Shown piece by piece: positions 18,001-27,781 of a DNA stretch of 64,000 nucleotides. The position numbers and the translations under genes are program-made. Location of the stretch: contig CAVXXK010000001.1 of NCBI GenBank assembly GCA_963765675.1, positions 1,632,001-1,696,000 of the forward strand, in the 5' to 3' direction. Positions within the stretch are counted from its first letter, which is position 1. Every line of letters starts with the position of its first letter. Source of the stretch: an uncultured delta proteobacterium. Its GTDB lineage: Bacteria; Desulfobacterota; Binatia; Binatales; Binataceae. The notes beneath the pieces are model-generated. The model was not told the origin of the DNA and did not search any database. It was given only the letters and a program-made list of their open reading frames with translations.

Positions 18001-18750
18001 ATGCACTTGAGGATCGGTAGAATAATCGTGGTGGTAGCTATAGTCGCGATTCTACCCGGCATCGCCGCCGCCGGTTCGGTTCAAATCGGAATGCTCAGTT
18101 CGTCAAAGTCCGACGACTGGATCTGCGGAGAAGACATTCCCTTGTCCGCGCCAAATAGTCAGTCATCGTGTGAGAGCGCGAAATTCGGACCATGTTCAGA
18201 GTGCGATGAGCTGGCGGTTAAGAATCAGTCAGATGTGCCCGTGAAATTGAGGATCAAGATAATCGGGCCAGGATTCGCGCAGCCATGTGACGGGGGCGCG
18301 ATCGCTGGATTTATGATGTGTCCTTCGGGTGTGAGCGTAAGCGTTGGCTCTCTCGACGAATGCGGCGATTCTCTCCAGCCGGGAAAGAGTTGCACCTTGC
18401 CGATCGAGTTCTGCCCCGAACAGTCAGGCGAGAGTCACGGCGAGGTGCGTGTGACCGCCGCGTCAGGCTCCGACCAATCGCACCTCGAGGTTTTCAATCT
18501 CGCCGGTTCCGGCGATTACACGCCGGAGCTTGCCGCCGCTGACGAAGCGAGACGCAGCCAACTCGACGTGTTGATGAAGATTCTGTACGTCAAAAAGGTC
18601 GAACTCGATACCACAAGTAACGACATCGCGATCAACGTCGAAGTCACCGAAGACGACAAGATCGATCAAGTGCGCCGCCTCGTACCGCCGAAAATCGAAG
18701 GCTACCGAACTGAGGTCACGACCTATAGCCCAATCGCCTGCGCCGATTAG
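18001..18750 (+). CDS. exported Cys-rich protein with Ig-like (ASH/choice-of-anchor D-like) domain
   Basis: Signal peptide; CGDSLQPGKSCTLPIEFCP; LAGSG. Confidence 0.6.
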   Translation: MHLRIGRIIVVVAIVAILPGIAAAGSVQIGMLSSSKSDDWICGEDIPLSAPNSQSSCESAKFGPCSECDELAVKNQSDVPVKLRIKIIGPGFAQPCDGGAIAGFMMCPSGVSVSVGSLDECGDSLQPGKSCTLPIEFCPEQSGESHGEVRVTAASGSDQSHLEVFNLAGSGDYTPELAAADEARRSQLDVLMKILYVKKVELDTTSNDIAINVEVTEDDKIDQVRRLVPPKIEGYRTEVTTYSPIACAD

Positions 18751-18751
18751 G

Positions 18752-19513
18752 CTATTGTCGCTGTGCCGCACCAACCAACCGGACGAAAGCGCCGTCGCGC
18801 AGGATTGGGACGGCGATGCTCACGTCGCGCTCGGATGCCCAGGTTACGTCCTGCTCGAAGCCGCGATCGATTAGTTCGCGGCCGGAGGCGCACTCGTTCA
18901 GCGCACGTGGCAGATCGCTCTCTGCGTCGCGGAATGCAGCTAGCGCGGTGCGAGCTTCGGGCGACATCGAGATTGCTCCGAGCGCCGCGAGGATCGCGCC
19001 GGCGCCGATTAAGTCCTCGAATGCGGGACGCAGTGCGTCGGTCGAGCTCCATCGTTCTCCCGCCGCGATAACCGCGATTGGGACGCCGATTCCGAGCGCG
19101 GCCTTTGCGACCGCCGATGCGTTACGAAGGCATCCGGCGAGAACCGTTGCGCCGGATTTCGCCGCCGCGAGTGATACCTGTGCGCCGTTCGGTGATGCAA
19201 CGATGATCTTCATGCCGGGCCGGGCAAGCGCCATGGTTGACGGCGAGAGCGAGAACGGTTGGGCGGAAGTTGTAGCCCGCCGCGCGGCTGTCTCGATTCC
19301 GCCAACTCGTTTAGCCAACGCTTTCGATGCGCCCTTCGCGAATTGGCACGGATAGGCCTCGGCGCCCTGTGAGACTGCGACATCGACCGCGGTCGAGAAA
19401 CTCATCAGGTCCACGACTATCAACACGCGCGAGGTTCGGCCCAGCTCGGATGCGCCGTCGACGCCCCAATCGAAGCGCGCGTCGAAGCCGCTTTGATCGT
19501 AGATTGCGCTCAT
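18752..19513 (-). CDS. comB: 2-phosphosulfolactate phosphatase family protein
   Basis: IVVDLMSFST, SLSP, SPNG, GCLRNA, AAGE, EDLIGAG. Confidence 0.8.
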   Translation of the reverse strand: MSAIYDQSGFDARFDWGVDGASELGRTSRVLIVVDLMSFSTAVDVAVSQGAEAYPCQFAKGASKALAKRVGGIETAARRATTSAQPFSLSPSTMALARPGMKIIVASPNGAQVSLAAAKSGATVLAGCLRNASAVAKAALGIGVPIAVIAAGERWSSTDALRPAFEDLIGAGAILAALGAISMSPEARTALAAFRDAESDLPRALNECASGRELIDRGFEQDVTWASERDVSIAVPILRDGAFVRLVGAAQRQ

Positions 19514-19547
19514 CGAAAGACTGATATGCGGCGCGGACGGCGCGCGA

Positions 19548-21173
19548 TTATCCGCGCGTCAGCCAATTGCCCGCCATCACGCCGTCGCCACGCCACTTTC
19601 CGTCCTCGACCACCGCGCGCCCGTTGACGATTACGTGCTCGATTCCGACCGGGTCGCGATTGGGCGAGCGCGCGTCGGCGTCGCATCCCACGCGCTCAGG
19701 ATCGAAGATGCAGAAATCGGCGGCGGCGCCGGCGCGGACGTAGCCGCGTCCGCCAAGATGCATCCGCTCGGCCGCCATCCCGGTCATTTTGTGGATCGCG
19801 TCTTCGAGCGAAAGCAGCCCGAGCTCGCGTACGTAGTAGCCGAGGATGCGCGGATAGGTGCCGAAGCTCGCGGGATTGTTGTGTCCGCGCGAGGTCAGGA
19901 TCGTGTCCATCTCGAATGCGTTCAGACGATGGCTCATCGCTGAGCGCAGTGCCTGCTCGTCGTTGTCGTCGCCGCTGTAGAGATGAATCAGCACGCGGGC
20001 GCGGGTTCCGCTCTCGCGCGCGATCGTCAGGTAAGCCTCGACCGGATCGAGCTTCATCGCCTCGGCGATCTCACCGAAGTACATTCCTTCGAAGTGTTTC
20101 AGCTCGGGCTTCACCGCCCACATCAATTGCACGGTATCGTGGATGAAGGCCTTGAGCGGCTGAAAGCCCGCGGCAAGCCGCGCCCATCCGTCGTGGCTGT
20201 CGAGCAGCTCTTCGAGCTGATTCTGCGACCACGACGGAAAGATGATCCGGATCGTGGTGTTGCCGCAGGTGTAGGGGAAGGTATCGAACGCGACGTCGAT
20301 ACCGTCGTTCTTCGCCTGTTCAATATCGGCAAGAATCTCATTCACAGTTGGCCAGGTTCGGCGTCCGACGAAAATCAGGTGCGAGATCTGAAGCGGCACG
20401 CGCGCCTGGCGCGCGACCGCGACCATCTCACGCACTGCGAGCAGGTTGTGCGCTATGCGGCTGTCAAAGAATAGCGACCGGGTCGAGTAGGCGCGCAGAT
20501 GCGACGTCAGCACGCCGCCCGCCGCGCCGGCGACACTCGCCAGCGCGGCAAGCTCGGCGGGCTTCGCGATCATCCCGGGAAAATATCCGAGCCCGGTCGA
20601 CACTCCGACCGCGCCGTCGGCCATCGCGCTCTCCGCCATCGCCTGCATCGCGCGCAGTTCCTCGACCGACGGGTCCGCCGCGCTCGCGCCCATCACGCTG
20701 AGCCGGATACTGCCGTGACCCGCGAGATGCGCGACGTTCAGCGCAAGGCCCTGGCGCTCGAGATGCGCGCCGTATTCGGCGACGCTGGCCCATTCCCAAT
20801 CGAACTTGCGCTCCGAGAGCATCTGGCCCGAAGCGTCGAGCATCCGCGTCATCCCCGGGCGAATCGGCGCGACCGAGAATCCGCAGTTGCCGCCGACAAA
20901 CGTGGTGACGCCCTGCATCAGGAAAGGTTTGAGGATCGCGCCATGCTCGGGAATCGGAGCGATCCAGTCGGAATGCGAATGGAGATCGATAAATCCCGGC
21001 GCGACGATCATGCCGCTCGCATCGATTACTCGCGCGGCGGAGGCCTCCGCGCTCTCGGTGGGCTCCATTATTGCGGCGATGCGCCGGTCTTTTACCGCGA
21101 CATCGGCGCGCCTGCGCGGGGCGCCGGAGCCGTCGATAATCGTGCCGTTACGAATCAGCAGATCGTATTCCAT
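19548..21173 (-). CDS. N-acyl-D-amino acid deacylase (amidohydrolase)
   Basis: PGFIDLHSHSD, GNCGFS, FGTYPRILG. Confidence 0.88.
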   Translation of the reverse strand: MEYDLLIRNGTIIDGSGAPRRRADVAVKDRRIAAIMEPTESAEASAARVIDASGMIVAPGFIDLHSHSDWIAPIPEHGAILKPFLMQGVTTFVGGNCGFSVAPIRPGMTRMLDASGQMLSERKFDWEWASVAEYGAHLERQGLALNVAHLAGHGSIRLSVMGASAADPSVEELRAMQAMAESAMADGAVGVSTGLGYFPGMIAKPAELAALASVAGAAGGVLTSHLRAYSTRSLFFDSRIAHNLLAVREMVAVARQARVPLQISHLIFVGRRTWPTVNEILADIEQAKNDGIDVAFDTFPYTCGNTTIRIIFPSWSQNQLEELLDSHDGWARLAAGFQPLKAFIHDTVQLMWAVKPELKHFEGMYFGEIAEAMKLDPVEAYLTIARESGTRARVLIHLYSGDDNDEQALRSAMSHRLNAFEMDTILTSRGHNNPASFGTYPRILGYYVRELGLLSLEDAIHKMTGMAAERMHLGGRGYVRAGAAADFCIFDPERVGCDADARSPNRDPVGIEHVIVNGRAVVEDGKWRGDGVMAGNWLTRG

Positions 21174-21217
21174 ACGGCGAAATCTAGGCGCACCGCACGC
21201 TCCGCGCAAATCGCGCG

Positions 21218-21631
21218 TCAGCGACGGCGGAAAGTTGCGGCGCGAAGGTCGGTCTGTGTGAAGTCTTCGCCCTGGAACAAGATTGAAGTGTGGTTGTTTT
21301 TCGCTACCGCATAGGCAAAGCAGTCACCAAGGTTGAGTTGGGCAGGATGCCCGCGCCCTTTGCCGTAACGCGCGAACGCGTCAAGCGCCGCCTCGGACTC
21401 TTTCGCACCAATCGGAATCAGCTCGACCCGTGTCAACTCGAGAAAATCGCGAACTGCCTCTGTCGCTTCTTTGACGCTAATCTGCCGCTTGCGGCAGATG
21501 CCGAGCACTGCCTCGAATATCGCGATCGGCGATGTTATCGGCGCCCGCGCCGCGGCAAGCAGATCTGCCAGTGCGCCGGCATCATGCTCGCTTGTCAGAA
21601 TGGCGACGATCGCCGACGCATCGACGAACAT
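21218..21631 (-). CDS. vapC: VapC PIN-domain toxin
   Basis: MFVDASAIVAIL, GKGRGHPAQLNLGDCFAY, DF. Confidence 0.92.
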   Translation of the reverse strand: MFVDASAIVAILTSEHDAGALADLLAAARAPITSPIAIFEAVLGICRKRQISVKEATEAVRDFLELTRVELIPIGAKESEAALDAFARYGKGRGHPAQLNLGDCFAYAVAKNNHTSILFQGEDFTQTDLRAATFRRR

Positions 21632-21870
21632 TATTCGTCCTCGCTGAGCTCGTCGTAGAAATGTTTGTCCGCCTGCAGCCCGGTCGGCGGATGGGCCAGC
21701 ACGCGGGCCTGCAGCTCGCGGAGCTGCTCCCGCAGCGAGGGCGCCTTATTGAGGCGGCGCAACTCGTTCTCTAAGGCCAGCTTCACCGCTTCGGTTTTGT
21801 TGATGCGTTTACGCGCGGCCAATCGTCTGGCGAGTTGGTTGACGGTTTCATTTCGGATATTCAGGGGCAT
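21631..21870 (-). CDS. vapB: VapB antitoxin
   Basis: MPLNIRNE...LA...KTEAVKLAL; TAATG stop/start overlap with vapC. Confidence 0.88.
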   Translation of the reverse strand: MPLNIRNETVNQLARRLAARKRINKTEAVKLALENELRRLNKAPSLREQLRELQARVLAHPPTGLQADKHFYDELSEDE

Positions 21871-21889
21871 TTTGGATCTCCGAGGTATC

Positions 21890-21911
21890 GTAAAGACAAT
21901 AGCGTCTACAC
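21890..21911. promoter_or_regulatory. putative vapBC autoregulatory operator
   Basis: Imperfect palindrome GTAAAGAC-N6-GTCTACAC 20 nt upstream of vapB. Confidence 0.4.
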
Positions 21912-21993
21912 ACGAACGCCGCAACTTTATCTTTATCAATCGCGCGGTGCCCACTTGCGCGGGTGGCGCGGGCGTATGAAATTCGATGTTTCT

Positions 21994-22989
21994 ATGACGA
22001 CCGTGTTGATAATCGGAGGGCAGGGTGCGCTTGGATCGATCGTAGCCGAAGCGATGCGCGCGCAGGGCGATCTGACGGTGCTGATCGGCGGGCGGCGGGC
22101 GGAGCGGCGCGAGGATTTCCGCTACCTCGATCTGGCGCGGCCCGAAACGATTGCACCGGCGCTTGCGGGCGTTGACTTCGCGATCAGCACGGTCGCCGAT
22201 CCGCAGTTCGAGCTGGAACGGGTCGCGGTGGAGACTGGCGCGCGTTCGATGAACATCTCGAGCGCGGTCCTGCCGATCGGCGGACACGTCTCGCTGCGCG
22301 GGCGAGGACTCGCGATCGTGCACGCGGGGCTGGCGCCGCTTGGGCTGCAGGCGCTCATCGCCAAGGCGATGATTGCGCGCCGTCCTGAGGCGGCGCGGCT
22401 GGAAGTCGCGATGTGCTTTTCCGCGCGCGGCGCGAGCGGTCCGCAGGGCCGCGAGTTCGCATACCAGACGCTGGTGCGGCGTCCGTTCGAGCCGTCGCGC
22501 GAGATTGAATTCAGCGCGCCGATCGGGCGGCGGCGATGCTTTTCCGCGGCGATACCCGAGCGCGATATCCTGCACGCGCTGATACCCGAGGGCGACGCGG
22601 GTGTCTTTGTCGGATTCGCCGAGCGAACGATTCATCTCGCGGTCAGCGTGATGCGATCGAGCGGGATGATTCGGATGATTCCGCGCGCGATGTTTGTCGG
22701 ACGCGCCGCCGCGTCCGCGCCCGCCGTCGCGACCACCGAGCCGATGCGCCAGTGGGTGGCCATCTATGACGCGAGCGGCAGGCGGCTCGGTGCGACGGTC
22801 ACGGAAGGCGACGGCGACTATCGCACGACCGCGATGGTCACGCGCGCGTTTCTTGACGCGCTGATCGAACGCCTCAAAACGCGCAAGCCGTTCGGAGTGC
22901 ATAGCGCGGAAAAGCTCTTCGATTTGGCGGACGTGACCCCGCACCTTCCACCCGAGGTGCGCATCTGCGAGCTCGTGGCTACGCCTTGA
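21994..22989 (+). CDS. saccharopine dehydrogenase-like NAD(P)-binding protein
   Basis: VLIIGGQGALG Rossmann motif; GGR; AGLAP. Confidence 0.7.
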   Translation: MTTVLIIGGQGALGSIVAEAMRAQGDLTVLIGGRRAERREDFRYLDLARPETIAPALAGVDFAISTVADPQFELERVAVETGARSMNISSAVLPIGGHVSLRGRGLAIVHAGLAPLGLQALIAKAMIARRPEAARLEVAMCFSARGASGPQGREFAYQTLVRRPFEPSREIEFSAPIGRRRCFSAAIPERDILHALIPEGDAGVFVGFAERTIHLAVSVMRSSGMIRMIPRAMFVGRAAASAPAVATTEPMRQWVAIYDASGRRLGATVTEGDGDYRTTAMVTRAFLDALIERLKTRKPFGVHSAEKLFDLADVTPHLPPEVRICELVATP

Positions 22990-24298
22990 CTAGGCCGCTC
23001 GCGTTGCCGCTGGGACGCGGGCGTGCGGGAAACACGTGATCGATCTGCGCCTCGGTAAGTCCCATGTGCGAAGCCAGCACGATGGCGATCGGATCACGGA
23101 AGTCGGTAGTGATTGCGAGGTCGCGTTCCTGGTAGAGCTCGCCCGGCTGCAAGCCAGGCCATCGGCCATACATCTTTCCGCCGCGCACCTGACCGCCCAT
23201 CACCCACATCACGTTGCCGTGACCGTGATCGGTGCCGGCATTGCCGTTTTCATGCATCGTGCGGCCGAACTCGGAGATTACCAGGATAGTGGTGTCCTGA
23301 TAGGTCTGGCCGAGCGATTGTTTGAAACTCGCGAGTCCCTCGGCGAGCGGCCGGAGATGGCCTGCGAGCTGTCCCTCGGCGGCGCCCTGGCTGACGTGCG
23401 TATCCCATCCGCCGAGCGCGAGGAATGCGACGCGGATCGTCGGATCGTGCTGCATCAGATGCGCAAGGCGGTCGGTGTCCTGCGAGAAGCCTTGCGGCGA
23501 GGGCGCGCCGGCGTCGGCGGCGGTCATGTCTTGCTGAAGTTCGGCCATGAGTTTCGTGCGCGCCATCCGGCCGTCGCGGTAGGTGCGGCTGATTGGATCG
23601 TTGCCCGTGTAGAGGCGGTCGAAGGCCTCTTCGATAACGGGGCGATCGAGCGGCATCGGACGCGCCGCGGCTCGGCCCAGCGGCATGTTGGCGGCCGGCA
23701 TTTTTCCGCTCAGGATGCGCGGCATCGTCGGCCCCATGCTCAGCGCCTCGGTTGGGCCGTGAACTCCCGGAAGTTGCGCCAGCGTGCGATTCAGCCATCC
23801 GTCCTGTGTGCTCTTGATGCCAGGCGTGCCGCTCTCCATGTAGTCTTGCGCGTCGAAGTGCGAGCGGTTCGGATCGGGTGAGCCGGACGCGTGCACGAAC
23901 GCGAGCGTGCGCTCATTCCATAGCGGCATGATCGCGGACAGAGCGGGATGCATCCCGAAGTAGCCGTCGAGATCGAGCACGCCGCCGGGAGCACCTGCGC
24001 GGCCGACCGCGATAGTCGGGCGCGATTCGTAATAGATCGGATCGCCGTGAGGAACGACGACATTCATGCCGTCAACCGCGCCGCGCAGGAACACAACCAC
24101 GAGACGGTTCTTGTCGCCGGTGGAGGCGAGCGCTCGACCTGCCCACGCGTGCGGGCTGATGAGCACGATACCTGCGGCTGAGAGCAGTGAGGCGCGGCGC
24201 AGAAAGGCACGCCGAGACATCGTGCTGAAAGCATCCTTCGCGCACAGTGCGCATTTGGAATCGCCGGCCAGGAGTTTTTCGTCGATTGGCTCCATCAT
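22979..24298 (-). CDS. DUF1501 protein, Tat-exported
   Basis: SRRAFL twin-Arg; FLRGAVDG, RSHFDAQ, GGWDTH, SEFGRT, GTDHG. Confidence 0.9.
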   Translation of the reverse strand: MMEPIDEKLLAGDSKCALCAKDAFSTMSRRAFLRRASLLSAAGIVLISPHAWAGRALASTGDKNRLVVVFLRGAVDGMNVVVPHGDPIYYESRPTIAVGRAGAPGGVLDLDGYFGMHPALSAIMPLWNERTLAFVHASGSPDPNRSHFDAQDYMESGTPGIKSTQDGWLNRTLAQLPGVHGPTEALSMGPTMPRILSGKMPAANMPLGRAAARPMPLDRPVIEEAFDRLYTGNDPISRTYRDGRMARTKLMAELQQDMTAADAGAPSPQGFSQDTDRLAHLMQHDPTIRVAFLALGGWDTHVSQGAAEGQLAGHLRPLAEGLASFKQSLGQTYQDTTILVISEFGRTMHENGNAGTDHGHGNVMWVMGGQVRGGKMYGRWPGLQPGELYQERDLAITTDFRDPIAIVLASHMGLTEAQIDHVFPARPRPSGNASGLVKA

Positions 24299-24305
24299 CG
24301 TGTTC

Positions 24306-25969
24306 CTACCGCGTCATGAATTCGGGGCTGCCCAAAAGCAAAGCGGCGCGCAACTGCGGAGTCGCCGACTCGATCGCCTCGGTAGTGTTGGCGCTGAGCG
24401 CACCCGCTCCCAGCGTCCTGTCCAAAGCGTCGGGATTGGGCGGCGTCATCTTAGGACCCTTACGTGGCTGGGCAGGAGTGTCGAAGCTGGTCTTCATCGC
24501 GCCTGCGTGTTTTCCGAAACCGCGGTTCTCTTTGCGCTCCGCGTCCGGCGATTCGCCTGCCTCTTCCTCGAACGGCGGATGCTCCAGAGGCAGATTGCCG
24601 CTGCCGAAGGCGGACGCGAAACTCAGCCGCATCATCATCCCGTCGGGATTGAGCCATGCGTCCCTTGTGTTCGAGTAACCGTTGGGAGTCTGGCAACCGT
24701 AAAGCGGCTGCCCGAGAAGCTGCATCGTTCCGTACAGCGGACGATAGTTGCGCACCCATACGCCGGTCGCGCGCGCACACGAAATTACATATTCGTAGGG
24801 CGATTTGAATTTCGAGCGATAGTAGCGCCGGTCCCAAAACTCCGGCGACGCGAACATCGCCGCCAGCACCTCGCGGAGATCGCCGTCGGTGGCGAGGTAG
24901 CGCGCGGCCATCGTGTCGGTCAGCGAGGCGGGTGGATTATCGGTCACGAAATATTGCGCGAGCTGGAAGCTCAGATGCTTCGCGGTCGCCGGATGCCGCG
25001 CCAGCATCGCGAGCGCATCCTCGCCCTCGGACATTCCGGCGCCCTGGATCGTGTAGCCGAGAAAAGTCTTCGACGAGAAATCATGCCGATCGGGATCGAA
25101 ATGGAACAGGCTTGGCGACGGCGGCGGCATCCGGTTCGCGCCCTGCCGGCCGAAGCCACGGCCGAAGCGCGACATCGGGCCGCGCATCCCGTCGCGCGCC
25201 ATAAGATTTTCTCGCGATTTGGATTTTCGCGCGAGATGCCCCATCCGGTGAGTATATGCGCCAGCGCGATCACGTCGGCCTGCGAATATCCGCCGCCGAC
25301 GCCGAGCGTGTGCAGCTCCATTACCTCGCGCGCGTAGTTCTCGTTGATCCCTTCGAACTTGCCCTTGGCTCCGGCGCTGCCGGGATTCGTATTCTGCCAG
25401 TTGTCGAGATAGAAGAGCATCGCCGGATGCTTCGCCGTGGCCAGGAGCATCGTGCGGAACTTGCCCATCGTATGCGGCCGGATCGCGGTCTCCTCGAACG
25501 ATCCGGTCCAGATATTATCCAGCCCTTTGCCGCGAAAGACATTGAAGTGGTTGAACCAGAACGCGGTCAGCACTTCCTGGAGCTGGCGCGGACCGTCGAT
25601 CGCGCGGGCGATGCGCGCCTCGATCGCCTCTCGCATGACGATCTGCTGGCGGATGCGCGCGTCCTTGAGATCGCCTTTCAGAACGTCCTTGTCGGCACCC
25701 TTATCCTGACGCCGCACTTCCATGATCGGCCCCTGGAATTCTCGAAACAGTTCGAGCGGAGACATGTGCAGCGTGCGATAGTTTGCGATCTGATCGTGGA
25801 GGCTCGCGGGAATCGGAATTTCCGACTCGGGATAGAGCTGCTCGTGGATGTAACCCTCCGGACCGACTTGCCGAAGGTGTTCGATATCGCCCGGCCGCGG
25901 CCCGAAGGCGAGGCGGTTCAGGAGGTGAAGTGGGCGCTTTTGCGCGGGTATGTCGCTGGCATCGTCCAT
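24306..25969 (-). pseudogene. DUF1800 protein, frameshifted near 25205-25234
   Basis: HLLNRLAFG, FWFNHFN, NENYAREVMELHTLG, LTGW in one frame; FDPDRHD, KFKSPYE, TPNGY, SPEF in another. Confidence 0.85.
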
Positions 25970-26025
25970 CTGGATCGCATCCCGTAAGGATATACGCCGC
26001 CGCCGCGCGATGGATGCGCCCTTCT

Positions 26026-26799
26026 CTACTTGAGCTTACGGCCGGCGGCGCGCTTTTGCGCGATCGTGGCGGCACCGCCCTCGGCGACCCATCGCGTTTG
26101 CCGCGCGATTCCATTGACGATTTCGACTTCGCGCGGGGTCAGTCCGCTGCGGCCGAATATCGCGCGAATCGCCAGCATGATGTGCTCCGGGTTGTGAACG
26201 GGCAGGAAGCCTATCGCAACCAGCGACTCGGCCAGCCGCTCCAGGGCGGCGTCAACCGCGGCCGTTTCCGCAAATTCCGGTGCGGCACGCGCGGCAGAAG
26301 GAGCTTCGGTGTCGGCGAGCATCAGCTCGTACGCGACGATCATCACCGCCTGCGCGAGATTGAGTGATGGGTACTCGGGCGCGGTAGGAATGGTGATCAG
26401 CCGGTTGCAAAGTTTGAGCTCGCGGTTGGTCAGTCCGCGATCCTCGGGGCCAAATACGATCCCGATTCGGTTGGCCGTCGCGAGCGCCGCCAGATCGCGC
26501 ACTACTGCGCGCAGAGGCTCCGCGCCGGCGCGATAGAATCCCGGTCGACAGGTGGTGCCGAAGGTTATCGTGCGATCGGCGAGCGCACCTGCGAGGTCGG
26601 GATAAATCGAGGCTCGCGCGAGCAGATCGCGCGCATGCACCGCCATCGCGGTCGCCGCACGGCTCGGGAGCGATGCTTGCGGCGCGACAATCCGCAAATC
26701 CGCAAAGCCCATGTTCTTGAGCGCGCGTGCGACCGAGCCGATATTGCCCGCCTGCAACGGTTTGAACAGCACGAACGCGGTCTGCTCGCGAAGCGTCAT
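26026..26799 (-). CDS. trmJ: TrmJ/LasT SPOUT RNA methyltransferase
   Basis: GNIGSVARALKNMG, FGPEDRGL, SLNLAQAV. Confidence 0.88.
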   Translation of the reverse strand: MTLREQTAFVLFKPLQAGNIGSVARALKNMGFADLRIVAPQASLPSRAATAMAVHARDLLARASIYPDLAGALADRTITFGTTCRPGFYRAGAEPLRAVVRDLAALATANRIGIVFGPEDRGLTNRELKLCNRLITIPTAPEYPSLNLAQAVMIVAYELMLADTEAPSAARAAPEFAETAAVDAALERLAESLVAIGFLPVHNPEHIMLAIRAIFGRSGLTPREVEIVNGIARQTRWVAEGGAATIAQKRAAGRKLK

Positions 26800-26906
26800 C
26801 GGTCAATCGTTATAGCATCGGCGACTCGCATCGTGGATGGCGCATCACCGGGTCTGACGAGTATGGTCGCTCGAAAAGCCCAAGCTCGGTGAGAGGGGTG
26901 GTAGCG

Positions 26907-27374
26907 ATGAAATGGCCAACAGGATTCGAGCCCGAGAAGTCTTCAGTCTATGCGCGCAACGAAATCGTGATTGCCGCGCCGCCTGAGCGGATTTGGCGAT
27001 GGATAATTCGCGCGGCCGGGTGGCCCGAATGGTACAGCAACAGCTCGAACATCGAGTTCCTGAGTGGAGGCTCGCCCGATATTGCGCCCGGCACCGAGTT
27101 CAAATGGAAAACCTTCGGCGCGACGATCACCAGCCGCGTGATCGTGTTCGAGCCGCCGCGAGAACTGGCGTGGGACGCGCGCGGAGTTCTGACCGCGGTG
27201 CATGGATGGACGATCGAGCCCGCGGGCGCCGTGTGCCGCGTCGTCACTGAGGAGACGCAGAACGGAATCCTGCCCAAGCTGGCGGGGTGGTATTTGCGCC
27301 CGATGCTCGAGCGGGGCCATCAGAACTGGGTCGAAAGTCTAAAGCGCGTGGCCGAAGGCGGCGAACCGTCGTAA
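26907..27374 (+). CDS. SRPBCC family protein
   Basis: IAAPPERIW, WPEW, FEPPRELAW. Confidence 0.85.
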   Translation: MKWPTGFEPEKSSVYARNEIVIAAPPERIWRWIIRAAGWPEWYSNSSNIEFLSGGSPDIAPGTEFKWKTFGATITSRVIVFEPPRELAWDARGVLTAVHGWTIEPAGAVCRVVTEETQNGILPKLAGWYLRPMLERGHQNWVESLKRVAEGGEPS

Positions 27375-27770
27375 TCAGGAATCTTGGTCCAGAGTCAGTT
27401 CGAAGGCGCCGGGCTCGCTCATCGCGCCGAATAGCGCGAGAAGCTGGCCGAGAGCCATTACCGGCATGAACATCCAATACTTCCGCCGCACCAGACTCAT
27501 CAGACGGGTGCGTTCGCCGGAGTCGTCGATGAATCGTGCGCGGCCATGGAATTTTTCTCCGCCAATATTGATCAGAGCGGTCGGCGTTTTGCGCAGATTC
27601 TTTACCCAGTTGCGCGCTACATTCGCGGTCGGAAGGACGATCTTGTCGCCCGCGACGGCGAACCAGATCGTCACGTCGTATGATTTGCCCGACTTGCGGC
27701 CGACATGCGTCAGGACGAGCGTCTGTCGGCTCGCGACTTTCGACAACCTCGCGGAAGTTTTGTCGTCCAT
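27375..27770 (-). CDS. deazaflavin (F420)-dependent nitroreductase family protein
   Basis: LTHVGRKSG, NWVKNL..P, KY. Confidence 0.75.
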   Translation of the reverse strand: MDDKTSARLSKVASRQTLVLTHVGRKSGKSYDVTIWFAVAGDKIVLPTANVARNWVKNLRKTPTALINIGGEKFHGRARFIDDSGERTRLMSLVRRKYWMFMPVMALGQLLALFGAMSEPGAFELTLDQDS

Positions 27771-27781
27771 CGCGATACGCT

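Noticed and set aside
21631-22944. 437-aa ORF as a VapB fusion
   Set aside because: Only the last 79 codons are VapB-like; the rest is antisense to the dehydrogenase-like gene
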